A stretch of DNA of 64,000 nt from Candidatus Moraniibacteriota bacterium. GTDB taxonomy: Bacteria > Patescibacteriota > Minisyncoccia > Moranbacterales > UBA1568. The notes under the pieces were generated by a model, which worked only from the letters and a program-made list of their open reading frames with translations, had not been told where the DNA came from and searched no databases. The DNA is taken from positions 647,828 through 711,827 of the forward strand of contig CP064994.1 in NCBI GenBank assembly GCA_016699975.1, read 5' to 3'. Position numbers and translations under genes: made by a program. Of this stretch, positions 48,567 through 59,530 are shown piece after piece. Position 1 is the first letter of the stretch, and each line of letters opens with the position of its first letter.

Positions 48567-49274
48567 ATGAATCCGATTTCCCAAACCCCCAAAAAAAATG
48601 ATGATGTTTTTATCGTCATTCCCGCCTACAACGAAGCGTCCGTCATTGCCTCGGTCGTTCTTGGAGTACATGCCGAAGAATTCCCACATGTCCTTGTCGT
48701 TGATGACGGCAGTCCCGACAACACCGCAGAAGAAGCAAAAAAGGCAGGCGCCCACGTTGTTCGCCACTCTGTAAACCGCGGCAAAGGCGCTGCTACGAAA
48801 ACCGGCATAGAAGCTGCCAAAATTTTGAAGGCGAATATTATCGTTACCTTCGACGGAGACGGGCAGCACGACCCCAAGGATCTTCCCGCGATGATCGAGC
48901 CGATACGCCGCGGTCGCGCCCATGTCGTACTCGGCACGCGCCTCAGAGATCCGTCGGGAATGCCCCTCTACAAAATTCTTCATAATCAACTGGGAAATCT
49001 GTTTGTGTGGATGCTCTATGGCTTGTGGGTGTCGGACAGCCAATCGGGCTTTCGCGCCTACTCACGTATCGCGGCGCACACGATCGACACGAAAACCGAC
49101 CGATATGAGTATGAGAGCGAAGTCATTTATGAAATCCGAAAACATCGTCTCAAATTCTGTGAAGTGCCCATTCAAGTTCGATATACCGAATATTCTCTCG
49201 GAAAAGTCCAGAAACAAAGTTTCCTTGTGGGAATAAAGACTGCTCTCCGTCTCCTTTTTCACACTCTTAAGTAA
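48567..49274 (+). CDS. GT2 polyprenyl-phosphate glycosyltransferase (DPM1/GtrB/ArnC-like)
   Basis: VIPAYNE...VVDDGSPDNT...DGDGQHDP motifs. Confidence 0.85.
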   Translation: MNPISQTPKKNDDVFIVIPAYNEASVIASVVLGVHAEEFPHVLVVDDGSPDNTAEEAKKAGAHVVRHSVNRGKGAATKTGIEAAKILKANIIVTFDGDGQHDPKDLPAMIEPIRRGRAHVVLGTRLRDPSGMPLYKILHNQLGNLFVWMLYGLWVSDSQSGFRAYSRIAAHTIDTKTDRYEYESEVIYEIRKHRLKFCEVPIQVRYTEYSLGKVQKQSFLVGIKTALRLLFHTLK

Positions 49275-49291
49275 TTAATATAAAGAAGCTT

Positions 49292-49681
49292 ATGGTGTTT
49301 TTCTCCACGTCATTTCAGTTGTATCAAGTCGGTGTAGCTTTGCTCGCCCTCTTTATGATTTGGCAAGGTGTACGAAAATACCTTCGCCGAGAAGGCGGTC
49401 AAACATTCCTCAAATTTTTTGTGCGCCTCATTGTCTGGGGCGGCATGGCATTGATAGCACTCTTCCCTCGAATGAGTAATTCGATCGCCTCCATGATCGG
49501 TATCGAAGGAAATGTAAACGCCGTCATCATGATCGGATTCATCCTCGTCTTCCTCATGCTCTTCAAACTCCTCTCAGCAATCGAGCGACTGGAAGAACAA
49601 ATCACGCTCCTCATACGAGCAAGCGCCGTCTCGGACCTGCGAAAGAAGGAGCACAACAACTCCGAAACAATTTCTTCATGA
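49292..49681 (+). CDS. small 3-4 TM membrane protein, DUF2304-like GT2 partner
   Basis: Size, topology and immediate GT2 adjacency. Confidence 0.4.
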   Translation: MVFFSTSFQLYQVGVALLALFMIWQGVRKYLRREGGQTFLKFFVRLIVWGGMALIALFPRMSNSIASMIGIEGNVNAVIMIGFILVFLMLFKLLSAIERLEEQITLLIRASAVSDLRKKEHNNSETISS

Positions 49682-51279
49682 AACGGTTCCTCATTGCCAA
49701 TAGCACACTTCTCCTCATTTCCGCCCTCGGTTTCTGGACAATCGAAACGGATTCGTTTTTTGTCCTCCGCGTCGCAAGTTCGATAGCGATTCTGGTTTCC
49801 ACTTTTATTCTTCCCGGAGTATATGGAACGCTCATTCTCGAGAGGCTGCGGAAGAAACGTTTCTCCTTTTTCGAATACGCCACCGTTTCGATTCTTCTCT
49901 CGCTGTGCCTTCCTCCGCTCCTCCTCTCGATCGAATATCGACTCTTTGGAAGTGTTTTCCCGACGCTCCCCCTCATAAATTCTTTCCTCCTCTTTGGAGG
50001 AGCCGCACTCCTCTTATTTTTTGGAGAAAAGCAACTTCCGCCACTTCCTGATCGCACGCCGATCTTTCCGAATGAGAAGAGAAGCGTGATCGAACTCGTC
50101 CTCTCGTTTCTCTTCTTTGTGGGGATAGCCCTTCTTTTCACTACAGCATACTTCCCGCTTCCTGATCTCGATCCCTACTACTGGCTCATGAAATTCGAAA
50201 AGCTCTTCGTAAACGGAGCGCTTCTCCCGCTTTCTTATCGCCCGCTTTTTTCTTCGCTCGTCTATATATTTACAGTCGGGGCGCATATTGACTTCTATTC
50301 TTTTTTCAAATATCTCCTTCCTTCGTTTTTTCTCCTCCTCCTCGCCCCCACCTTTCTCATCGCACAGACATTTCGCCGCCTTGATGAGCGAGCGGTTCTC
50401 ATCCTTTCTCCGTTTTCAAGCGGTATCTCGATTATTTTTTTAATGCTTCCTATTCCTCAGGCGCTCGCAAGTCTCTTCCTTTTTTCTTCGTCAGCCCTCC
50501 TTTTCCATTCACTTCGTTCAAAAGATCCCTTTTTCTTTTTTGCGGGAGGCTTACTTCTCTTCTTTGGTTCCTTCTATCACGAATCGCTCGCGCTCCCATT
50601 TACTCTCTGGGGATTTTTCACGGCTCTTTCGTTTCGAAAGGAACTCCTCCTTTTGTCCGAAAGAATCCTCTCCTCGTTTCTCCTTCTCCTTCTTCTCGCG
50701 CCACGCGTCCTTTCTCCGCTTTCATTTTTGGTTGAGCGCCTCGGAGCTTTCCTCCCCGCATTCCTTCATTTTCACCCCAACTTTCAGTTTCCTCTCTCCT
50801 ATGTAAATGTCGACGGAGCACAAATGGGATGGGGCACGTGGACAGAGATGCTCCTCTACTATGCTTTCTATGTGGGACCCGTTTTATCTCTTCTCCTCGG
50901 ACTGATCACCGTTTCACTCTTTCGAAAACGACAGACGAGACACACTCTTTGGGCAGCTCTTCCCAAAGAAACGCTCGTTGTGGGAAGCATCTTTCTGGCA
51001 TTCTTTTCGATCGCGGAAATTTTGCCGAGAATAGTTGGTATCGCCTATCTGCCGGATCGCGCCTGGGTCTTCTGCGCGCTCTTGTCCCCATTTTTCCTCG
51101 CCATCTTTCTCCATTCTTTCCGCCGCATATCGAAAATTTTGACCAGTCTTTTTCTGGTGGGACTCCTCATCAATCTCGGGGCAGCGATCTTTATCAATGA
51201 AAAAAAGCAGTATGTTATCACGGAAGCAGAATTGCGCTCGGCGGAGTGGATACGAAAAATCTTCCCGAAAATCGTGTAA
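49678..51279 (+). CDS. polytopic GT-C-fold-like membrane glycosyltransferase (ArnT/PMT-like)
   Basis: More than ten TM helices, and it follows a DPM1-like GT2. The call rests on this architecture only. Confidence 0.4.
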   Translation: MKRFLIANSTLLLISALGFWTIETDSFFVLRVASSIAILVSTFILPGVYGTLILERLRKKRFSFFEYATVSILLSLCLPPLLLSIEYRLFGSVFPTLPLINSFLLFGGAALLLFFGEKQLPPLPDRTPIFPNEKRSVIELVLSFLFFVGIALLFTTAYFPLPDLDPYYWLMKFEKLFVNGALLPLSYRPLFSSLVYIFTVGAHIDFYSFFKYLLPSFFLLLLAPTFLIAQTFRRLDERAVLILSPFSSGISIIFLMLPIPQALASLFLFSSSALLFHSLRSKDPFFFFAGGLLLFFGSFYHESLALPFTLWGFFTALSFRKELLLLSERILSSFLLLLLLAPRVLSPLSFLVERLGAFLPAFLHFHPNFQFPLSYVNVDGAQMGWGTWTEMLLYYAFYVGPVLSLLLGLITVSLFRKRQTRHTLWAALPKETLVVGSIFLAFFSIAEILPRIVGIAYLPDRAWVFCALLSPFFLAIFLHSFRRISKILTSLFLVGLLINLGAAIFINEKKQYVITEAELRSAEWIRKIFPKIV

Positions 51280-51762
51280 TTTTTTCTCTCAATAATGAAA
51301 ATCTCATCGCTTTTTTCTCAGAGAGCGGGCTCATACGTGTTGAGAATCCCAAATTTTCTTTCAAGAAGATGCTTTCCGCTTTGAAGTCGCGCGAGCCTCG
51401 CTCGAAAACGAGCTGCTTGATACCGAAGATAAGCAGACACTTCAGGAACTTTCGCTCTCTATACAAAAAAATCTGTTATCAACCCAAGCGCTTACCTATC
51501 GCAATGTCTTCGAGTCATCCCAAGCATCGTCAGCTCTCCTCGAACACTTCCGAGACTCGCTTCACGCGAAACTCTCCTCCACAACGCCCCCGCGTCGCTA
51601 CATTTACTTTTCCATGACCGATCCGCAGGATCCTTACAAAGAGAGGCCGTATCAAAAACGCATTTCAGGTACACTGTCCGACACGATTTTCGATCGTTCA
51701 CCCACTCAGTTTCGACGCCTTTACTTCGACCAGGAACACGGTATTGCCCTCTGGGAAATTTT

Positions 51763-52998
51763 ATGAACCTTCTTGTTTTCTCTCCCTACTATCCGCCACA
51801 TATCGGAGGACTCGAGTCCCATGCCGACGAATTCAACAAGCACCTCTCGGCGCGCGGCGTCCGTATTACGGTTTTTACGCCGCGCCTGCCAGAAACAGCG
51901 CTTCCTCAAGAAACCAGGCACGAATCAGTGCGAGTACTCCGCTTTCCAGCAGTAGAGCCGATACCCAATTATCCGCTTCCCGCAGTGTGGCTTCCTTTAT
52001 TCTGGAAGTTGCTTCAAGCAGCATCAACCCCGAAGCCAGACGTGATCATCTCGCGAACGCGCTTCTTCAGTACCTCTCTCTTCGCACTCCTCTATGCAAA
52101 AATTCGCCGCGTGCCACTCCTTCATATCGAACACGGCTCCGACTTTGCAAGCTTTCGCGAACCGTGGAAAACAACGCTCGGAAAATGGTATGATCGAATT
52201 TTCGGAGTTCTCGTCCTTCGATATGCGGATGTCGTCATTGCGAATTCTCTCGCTTCGTCGGCATTCGTGAAGCGGCTCTCGGGAACCGAAGCACGAGCGC
52301 TTTACCGAGGAGTCGATCAAAAAAATTTTTCTCCACACCCCCTCATCGAAGTATTCCTCGGAGAGAGAAAAGATCGGATGATTATCGGTTTTATCGGGCG
52401 CCTTATCGATGGGAAAGGCGTGAACGATCTCCTCGCGGCGATTATTCCCCTTCTTCATACAAGAGATGATTTTGTCGTGTTCCTCTTGGGCGATGGCCCC
52501 GAACGCTCTCGCATCGAAGCCACCATTTCCCATTCGGAATACTCATCGCGCATTTTCTCGGTGGGGCAAAAGGAGCACGATGAAGCAATGCGTTTTCTCC
52601 AAGCGTTCGATATCTTTGTTCATCCGAGTTATACTGAAGGCCTCCCCACGGGCGTCGTTGAGGCGGCCCTTGCCAAAAAAGCAATCATTGCGACCGATGT
52701 CGGAGGGACGTGCGAGATCATTTCCGGAAAAGGAGATGGGTTTCTCATTCCCCCCAAAAGCCCGGAAGTACTCCGAGAAAAAATTGAATACCTGCTCGAG
52801 CACCCAGAAGTGCGAAAAGAATTTGGGGAAGCAGCGCAAAGAAGTGTCGCCACAAAGTTCGACTGGAACACGACCGCAGCACGCTCTCTCGAGCTCCTCG
52901 AAACGCTTGCTGAGAAACGACTGCTTGGTAAAAATCTCTCACAAAGACGCGCCGAAAATCGTGAGGCAAGCGATTCTTCGGAGGCGCTTCGAAAATAA
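51763..52998 (+). CDS. GT4 (glycosyl transferase group 1) glycosyltransferase
   Basis: GT-B C-terminal motif EGLPTGVVEAALAKKAIIATDVGG. Confidence 0.8.
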   Translation: MNLLVFSPYYPPHIGGLESHADEFNKHLSARGVRITVFTPRLPETALPQETRHESVRVLRFPAVEPIPNYPLPAVWLPLFWKLLQAASTPKPDVIISRTRFFSTSLFALLYAKIRRVPLLHIEHGSDFASFREPWKTTLGKWYDRIFGVLVLRYADVVIANSLASSAFVKRLSGTEARALYRGVDQKNFSPHPLIEVFLGERKDRMIIGFIGRLIDGKGVNDLLAAIIPLLHTRDDFVVFLLGDGPERSRIEATISHSEYSSRIFSVGQKEHDEAMRFLQAFDIFVHPSYTEGLPTGVVEAALAKKAIIATDVGGTCEIISGKGDGFLIPPKSPEVLREKIEYLLEHPEVRKEFGEAAQRSVATKFDWNTTAARSLELLETLAEKRLLGKNLSQRRAENREASDSSEALRK

Positions 52999-53010
52999 TC
53001 CTTTCTTCCT

Positions 53011-54898
53011 ATGTGCGGCATTGCCGGAAAAATTTCTCTCAGTGGAAAAGAAGTCTCGCCAAAAGCGATCGAGTCGATGAACCGCGCGCTCATCCACCGC
53101 GGACCCGATGACGGCGGCATCTATATTTCACCCGACCGATCGGTCGGTTTGGGACACCGTCGCCTCTCGATTATCGATCTCTCCCCGCTCGGCCACCAAC
53201 CGATGCGCTACCTCGATCGATACGAAATAGTCTTTAACGGTGAAATATACAATTTTCAAGAGAAGCGCGATCTCCTTGAAAAGGAAGGGTACACATTTCG
53301 TTCTCACTCGGATACCGAAGTCATTCTCGCGCTTTACGATCGCTACCGCGAGCACTGCCTCGATCATCTGCGGGGCATGTTCGCGTTCGCAATTTACGAT
53401 GAGCAGGAAAAAATTCTCTTCGCCGCGCGGGATCGTATCGGAAAAAAACCATTCAAATATTTTTTTGATGGACAAACTTTTCTTTTCGCGTCCGAACTCA
53501 AAGCAATTCTCACTCAGCCCGAATACGTGCGCGAACCCGATTTCGAAGCGATTCACCACTTCCTCACGCTTCAATATGTCCCTGCGCCGATGACAGGATT
53601 TGTCGGAATCCGAAAACTCGAACCCGCACATTTCCTCATGCTCAATCTCCAAACACGCGACCTCAAAAAACACCGCTACTGGAAACTCGATTATTCCCAA
53701 AAACTCGAACTCTCCGAAAAGAGTGGTCGAAAAAAATCTTGAGGCGCTCGACGAATCGGTGCGACTCCGTATGATTTCCGATGTGCCGATCGGCGCGTTT
53801 CTTTCGGGAGGGATTGATTCGAGCGCCGTCGTGGCCCTCATGGCAAGACACTGCGACCGACCTGTCAAAACGTTTTCTATCGGGTTCGAGGAAGAGCGAT
53901 TTAATGAGCTTCCCTATGCGCGAATGATCGCGAAACGATTTCACACCGATCATACCGAATTCATCGTAAAGCCAGACGCGATGGATATACTTCCCTTTCT
54001 CGTTCGGCAGTATGAAGAGCCCTACGCCGACTCAAGCGCACTCCCCACCTACTTCCTTTCCAAAATGACAAGGGAGCACGTCACTGTCGCCCTAAACGGT
54101 GACGGCGGCGACGAAAACTTTGCAGGATACTATTCGTCCCAGATTTTGAAAGCAACTCTCATGCAAGAGTCGCTCCGATCAATACATCGGCTTTTCACGG
54201 TTCCGATAAGCCGTTTCCTCGCTCAACATTCCCGATCGAACTTTTTGAATAAAATTTTCAAATTTTCTCTCATGCTCTCAGAGCCATTTCCTCGTCGATT
54301 CGGTCGTCTCATGTCCCATTTCGACTCTTCTCTGAAATCCCATCTCGAAACGACTTTCTTCAAGAACCAGGGGGCACACGGCGATACTCTCGAGCTCTTT
54401 TCAAGACTTTCCGAAGAATCAGGCGTAAGCGATCCGCTTGATTCCATACTGTTTACGGATATCAACTCATACCTCCCGGGATGCCTTATGCCGAAAGTCG
54501 ATATTGCTACAATGTCCGTTGGACTGGAAGGCCGCTCTCCCCTCCTCGATCATCGATTCCTCGAACTTACTGCCACTCTCCCGAGTTCCCTCAAGCTCAA
54601 AGGGCTAACACAAAAAAAATATATTTTTAAAGAAGCGCTGCGAGACATCCTTCCGCCGGACATTCTCTTTCGAAAGAAAAAGGGGTTTGGCATACCGCTC
54701 GATAGCTGGTTTCGAAAAGAATTGAAATCTTTTACATTCGATGTACTCCTCTGTGACCGCGCCAAAAGAAGAAACCTCTTCGTTCCCAAGGAAGTCCGCA
54801 CTCTTCTTACGGATCATGTAGAAGGTATACGAAATAATGGTGCTCTCCTATGGGACCTCCTTCTTCTTGAACTTTGGTTTCGAGAATATTTTGACTAA
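53011..54898 (+). CDS. asnB: asparagine synthetase (glutamine-hydrolysing) family amidotransferase, with a frameshift near 53700-53745
   Basis: MCGIAG N-terminal nucleophile and GATase-II domain in ORF 53011-53742. The PP-loop LSGGIDSS and synthetase domain lie in ORF 53600-54898. A7/A4 runs sit in the overlap. Confidence 0.85.
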
Positions 54899-54904
54899 CT
54901 CCCC

Positions 54905-55996
54905 ATGACTCGTCCGAAAATCCTTCATCTGATAACTGGTCTCGGAACAGGCGGTGCAGAAGAATCCCTCCTCAAGATACTTCCGAATCTTGAAGATCGA
55001 TTTGAAAACCGAGTGTGCTGCATTCGAGGACGCGGACCAACCGCTCAGAAACTTCAAAAGGCTGGGATTCCTGTTAGTTTCCTTGATCTCAGAAACCCCG
55101 GGGACCTGAGGATACTGTTTCGATTTCAAAAGATCGTTCAAGAGTTTCATCCTTCACTTCTCGTTACTTATCTTATCCATGCAGATATTTTCGGAAGAAT
55201 TATGGGACGGTGTTTTGGTATCCCAAAGATTCTCTCGAGTCGTCGAGGCTTCTATAAAAATTGGAAATCGCTATCCTGGTTTGACCGCATGACCGCTCCG
55301 CTTGCTGATTCCTTCTTTGTCCAAACGGAATATGCTAGACAAGTTCTTCACACAGAATTCAAAATTCCAAAAGAAAAAATCAACGTCATTCCAAATGCGG
55401 TCGATACCGAGAGATTCTCAGGCTCAGAAATATATCGTACGGATATGCTCCGAGAAGCGCTTCGGATTCCGAAGCATCACATTGTGATTATCTGTGTTGC
55501 CACACTCAAAACAGGAAAAGGATATCCCGAACTTTTCTCAGTCTTCGAGAAGCTCTTCCTCAAAAATCCATCGCTTACACTGGTCGTTGTGGGTGATGGA
55601 CCCGAGCGATCAACATATCATCATCAGATCGAAAAATTCCAATCGCGCCCACAGATTCTTTTTCTGGGAGAACGAAGCGATATTCCAGAACTCCTTGCAA
55701 TGAGCGACATCTTCCTTCTGCCGACACATTCCGAAGGAATGTCTAATGCTCTTCTTGAAGCCATGTCATCGTCGCTCCCAGTCATCACCACTGATATCGA
55801 AGTAAATCGGGAAGTGATCGAAGAGAATGTTTCAGGACTTCTCGTGCCCGTCAAAAATGAGGATGCTCTCGAAAAAGCAGCCCGCCTCCTCATAGATGAC
55901 CCAAAAAAGAATGCTTCTCGGGAAGTTGGCGAGAGGGAGAGCTCTCAATTCTTTCTCGCTTTCAAAGGTAACAGAACTTCTCAAAATTCATTATGA
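54905..55996 (+). CDS. GT4 glycosyltransferase
   Basis: ILHLITGLGTGGAEE N-terminus and C-terminal EGMSNALLEAMSSSLPVITTD motif. Confidence 0.75.
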   Translation: MTRPKILHLITGLGTGGAEESLLKILPNLEDRFENRVCCIRGRGPTAQKLQKAGIPVSFLDLRNPGDLRILFRFQKIVQEFHPSLLVTYLIHADIFGRIMGRCFGIPKILSSRRGFYKNWKSLSWFDRMTAPLADSFFVQTEYARQVLHTEFKIPKEKINVIPNAVDTERFSGSEIYRTDMLREALRIPKHHIVIICVATLKTGKGYPELFSVFEKLFLKNPSLTLVVVGDGPERSTYHHQIEKFQSRPQILFLGERSDIPELLAMSDIFLLPTHSEGMSNALLEAMSSSLPVITTDIEVNREVIEENVSGLLVPVKNEDALEKAARLLIDDPKKNASREVGERESSQFFLAFKGNRTSQNSL

Positions 55997-56760
55997 AACG
56001 ATTCTCTCTCGGTGATCCAATATTCCTTTTTCGTATTGATGATCTCTGCCCAACCATGGATTGGGGTCGACTGACCCGTCTCATTGAACTTTTCGACTTC
56101 TCTCACGTTCGAAGTATTCTCGGAGTGATTCCGGAAAATCAGGATCCCAAATTACAGAACTTCCCCGCTCGAGCTGATTTCTGGGAACAGATTCGAGACT
56201 TCTCCGGTCGAGGACACTGTATCGCGCAACATGGCTATCGTCATCTCTACGAAAGTCATTCCGGCGGCCTCCTTGACATACACCAGAAAAGTGAATTTGC
56301 AGGACTTCCTTACGAAATACAGCTTGAAAAAATCCAAAAGGGGAAATCCATCATGGAAGAACATCTCAGGGAGAGAATAACCTGGTTCATGCCACCGGCA
56401 CACAGCTTTGATCAAATCACATGCCGTGCCCTCACACGTTCTGGGTTCACTCACCTCACGGATGGCATAGCCCTTTTTCCTTTTTCTCGATACGGTCTCA
56501 CATGGATCCCACAACAACTCTGGAGACCGCGTCACTTTCCATTTGGCGTGTGGACGATATGTCTTCACCCGGACACCATGAGCGAGAGTGCTTTTCAAGA
56601 GATTCAATCTTTTCTCCAAAAGCATGCCGCATTTTGTTCATCAGACCCGAGAACACTGGCGTCCACTCGATCTCCCCTCAACCCTTTCTTTCAATCCGCT
56701 TGGAAATTGAGCCTCTCCTTTTCGCGACTCAGCAAGAAGTGGAATAACCCAAAAAATTAA
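55993..56760 (+). CDS. putative polysaccharide deacetylase-like protein (DUF2334/NodB-like)
   Basis: RIDDLCPTMDW start and a conserved His pattern (HGYRH); weak. Confidence 0.3.
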   Translation: MKRFSLGDPIFLFRIDDLCPTMDWGRLTRLIELFDFSHVRSILGVIPENQDPKLQNFPARADFWEQIRDFSGRGHCIAQHGYRHLYESHSGGLLDIHQKSEFAGLPYEIQLEKIQKGKSIMEEHLRERITWFMPPAHSFDQITCRALTRSGFTHLTDGIALFPFSRYGLTWIPQQLWRPRHFPFGVWTICLHPDTMSESAFQEIQSFLQKHAAFCSSDPRTLASTRSPLNPFFQSAWKLSLSFSRLSKKWNNPKN

Positions 56761-56778
56761 TCTCCGAGTGCCTCTTTT

Positions 56779-57522
56779 ATGAAGAAGTTGAAATACACCG
56801 ATACTGATTTTCGGTATACCGATCCTGATGCTTATGATCGACGAGTGCGCCGACCTCTCGAAAAGTTTGTTGCTGAAGCGTGGGACCCCATTCTCTTCCG
56901 TCTCCTTGATACCGAAATCCAACCAGGCATGATTGTTGCCGACCTCGGATGTGGAACTTTCGTTCATACCAAGCATATGGGACGGGCCGAACACATTTAT
57001 GCGGTCGACATCAACCAAAAAATGCTCGAGTATGGGAAACCGAAAATTACACACCTGAAAGATAAAATTACTATTCTTTGCGAAAGCGGAACGCAAACGA
57101 GCATTCCGAGCGAAAGCTGCGATCTTGTTTGGATCGACGGACTCTCGGAATTTCTATCTCTTCCTGAACTTTTTTCGGAAGTTGATCGCATTTTGAAACC
57201 AGGAGGGTCGTTTATTATTCTGTATCAAAATAAATTCCATCCCGAGAATCTTTTAGCAGCTCTTTACTATTGGATGAAGAAAAGACCGGGAAAGACATTT
57301 CGTTCTCTCAGGGACTTTACTCGAGCAGGACGCCTCCAAGGATTCCAATACATTCGCCACTTTAGTAAAGGCTTTTTTATAACCGCCCCTGCCTTCCTCC
57401 AAAAATATTTGATACCAATCTGGAGAAGAGTTGACAGACTCTCCGAGCCTCTTACTCCTTTCTTCCCGATTGGAAATAACATTTTATGTATATTCAAAAA
57501 ACCTCATCGAGAGAATTTGTGA
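56779..57522 (+). CDS. class I SAM-dependent methyltransferase
   Basis: Motif I VADLGCGTF and post-I acidic residue (VDIN); motif ILKPGGSFII. Confidence 0.7.
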   Translation: MKKLKYTDTDFRYTDPDAYDRRVRRPLEKFVAEAWDPILFRLLDTEIQPGMIVADLGCGTFVHTKHMGRAEHIYAVDINQKMLEYGKPKITHLKDKITILCESGTQTSIPSESCDLVWIDGLSEFLSLPELFSEVDRILKPGGSFIILYQNKFHPENLLAALYYWMKKRPGKTFRSLRDFTRAGRLQGFQYIRHFSKGFFITAPAFLQKYLIPIWRRVDRLSEPLTPFFPIGNNILCIFKKPHRENL

Positions 57523-58618
57523 ATATCGTAATCCATTTTTGAATATTCTTTTCAATATCGTGATATTCATGAACATACTGGTAGGCCCGACTTGATCGAG
57601 TGTCCCATACTCCCTTATCGTGGAGAAACAAACGAACGTGATCGACAAATGCTTCCCATGAACCGTTCGCGCAGAATCCTATTCCATGACTTTCAAAAAT
57701 ATGATCGGGATTCACCCGATAACTTATAATGGGCGTGGCACCAAGACACGCTTGGATATACGTATTTGGAAATCCCTCGTATTCAGAGGTACCCACAAAT
57801 ACTTTCGCTTCATCGAAATATGTTTGAATCGAAGAAAATGGAACAAAATCGAGAAAACGAAGATTGGGAATCAGACTCGATTGTTTTCGTATCATTTCAA
57901 AAAATTCTTCACCATACTTTTGCGGCGGACAAATCATTACGAATGATTCTTCCGGGAAAGCTTGCGCGAGTTGCAAAAAAAGTTCCGGGTGTTTCCACGG
58001 TTCACACCGCGATACCCACAAGAGAGAAGCTCTTTGTGAAAATTGCCGAGGAGCATTCGCATTCGAGGGCATGACAAACGAATTTCGTATAACTATCGAG
58101 GAAAGCCCTTTTTTCTTCAAAAGTGTTCTCTGCTCTTCACTCTGAGCAACTCTCACATCTGCTCCTCGAAGTCCCCATTCAAAAAAAATACCACGAAAAA
58201 AATATCGTTTCGCATACTCACCACTACAATCCCATTCGTGCGCAACGCGATAGATGAACCTCCGTCTTCTTCCCAAGCGACAAAATGCAAAGACAATTCC
58301 CGTCTCTATACCAGCGGAAGATGCAATGACGATATCCGGATCGATTTTTCGAAAGTCGCGCCACATGCGAAAGGGCGCGAGAAATGTATTGAGGATTGTT
58401 GGCTGCATGGTCGTCGATCCGAAAAGATCAATCGATCCGCATCGTTCTTGTTTTGGTTGTCCAAAGTTTCCAAGAAGAAAAGCCACATATGTATCGGGAT
58501 CTTCTGCGAGTTTCTCCGCAAGGACGCGCATCTGAATGAGTGTCCCGCCAATGGGAGCATCGCTCTTCTCTTCAAAGGCCGCGTGCGCCTTCATGTGACA
58601 CAAGCAAATACGTTTCAT
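57494..58618 (-). CDS. GT4 glycosyltransferase
   Basis: GT-B C-terminal motif VGTSEYEGFPNTYIQACLGATPII. Confidence 0.6.
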   Translation of the reverse strand: MKRICLCHMKAHAAFEEKSDAPIGGTLIQMRVLAEKLAEDPDTYVAFLLGNFGQPKQERCGSIDLFGSTTMQPTILNTFLAPFRMWRDFRKIDPDIVIASSAGIETGIVFAFCRLGRRRRFIYRVAHEWDCSGEYAKRYFFRGIFFEWGLRGADVRVAQSEEQRTLLKKKGLSSIVIRNSFVMPSNANAPRQFSQRASLLWVSRCEPWKHPELFLQLAQAFPEESFVMICPPQKYGEEFFEMIRKQSSLIPNLRFLDFVPFSSIQTYFDEAKVFVGTSEYEGFPNTYIQACLGATPIISYRVNPDHIFESHGIGFCANGSWEAFVDHVRLFLHDKGVWDTRSSRAYQYVHEYHDIEKNIQKWITIFTNSLDEVF

Positions 58619-58686
58619 GGGTAAAAATCTATGAGATTCGGAAACAATATCATGAGAGCAACGAGTCAGGTACCAATATTACAACT

Positions 58687-59529
58687 TCACAAACAAATAC
58701 TCACTGCAACCAATCCCACGCGCAAAGAAAATTTTCGACAGAGAAAACCCCGGTCTCCGAAAAAGTTGATGATGGCATCAGGGGGAGCATACTCATACGG
58801 ATATCCTCCAATCCAATCAATCCGATCGTGATACCAATCCATACCGCGCGAAGATACATGGTTTCGAATATAGGTGAAAGGATTTCGAAAAAGGATGAGT
58901 GATCCAACAAAATAGTAGGCCAGAAACACAGCAAGATATATTCGCTTCAAAAACGCAGGCGAATGATTGTATAATCGCTTTACACGAAGCCAAAACTTTG
59001 ATGTCCCCTCTCTCCAATGGGAAATATTTTCATTGTAGAGCGCTACATAGAAAATTCCACCAGAGCGAACAAGTCCCAGAACATTCTGAAGGGCGCGATA
59101 CATATCTCCAGTATGATGAAGCACTCCCCACGAATACACGACATCAAAAGTTCCCAGGCTCTTAATACCCTCTGCGTCAAGTGCCGAAACTTTTTGAATG
59201 TGCCACTGTTTTGGATTGCCGAGTGTTTCGCGAAGATGAGTGGCACATGCAATTGAAAAATCGTCGATATCAACACTCACCACTCGCGAGGCGCCCAATT
59301 CGTATGCAGCGAGCGAAAAGAGGCCGCTTCCGCAACCAACATCAATAAATGTTTTTCCTTGAATCGATTCAGATCCTCCCAGAAATTTCAGAAGCGATTT
59401 TTTCGCCTCCTCCTTTCGCTGACCGTTCACGGTTTTTAAAAAATCCAGCCAATTTTTTCCGAAGCTGAAATGATGACTCTCCTTATAGGTCGATTCGTAG
59501 GTTTCTTGCGGCATAGGAAACACTTTCAT
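58687..59529 (-). CDS. class I SAM-dependent methyltransferase
   Basis: FIDVGCGSGLFSLAA...VVSVDIDD. Confidence 0.7.
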   Translation of the reverse strand: MKVFPMPQETYESTYKESHHFSFGKNWLDFLKTVNGQRKEEAKKSLLKFLGGSESIQGKTFIDVGCGSGLFSLAAYELGASRVVSVDIDDFSIACATHLRETLGNPKQWHIQKVSALDAEGIKSLGTFDVVYSWGVLHHTGDMYRALQNVLGLVRSGGIFYVALYNENISHWREGTSKFWLRVKRLYNHSPAFLKRIYLAVFLAYYFVGSLILFRNPFTYIRNHVSSRGMDWYHDRIDWIGGYPYEYAPPDAIINFFGDRGFLCRKFSLRVGLVAVSICL

Positions 59530-59530
59530 T

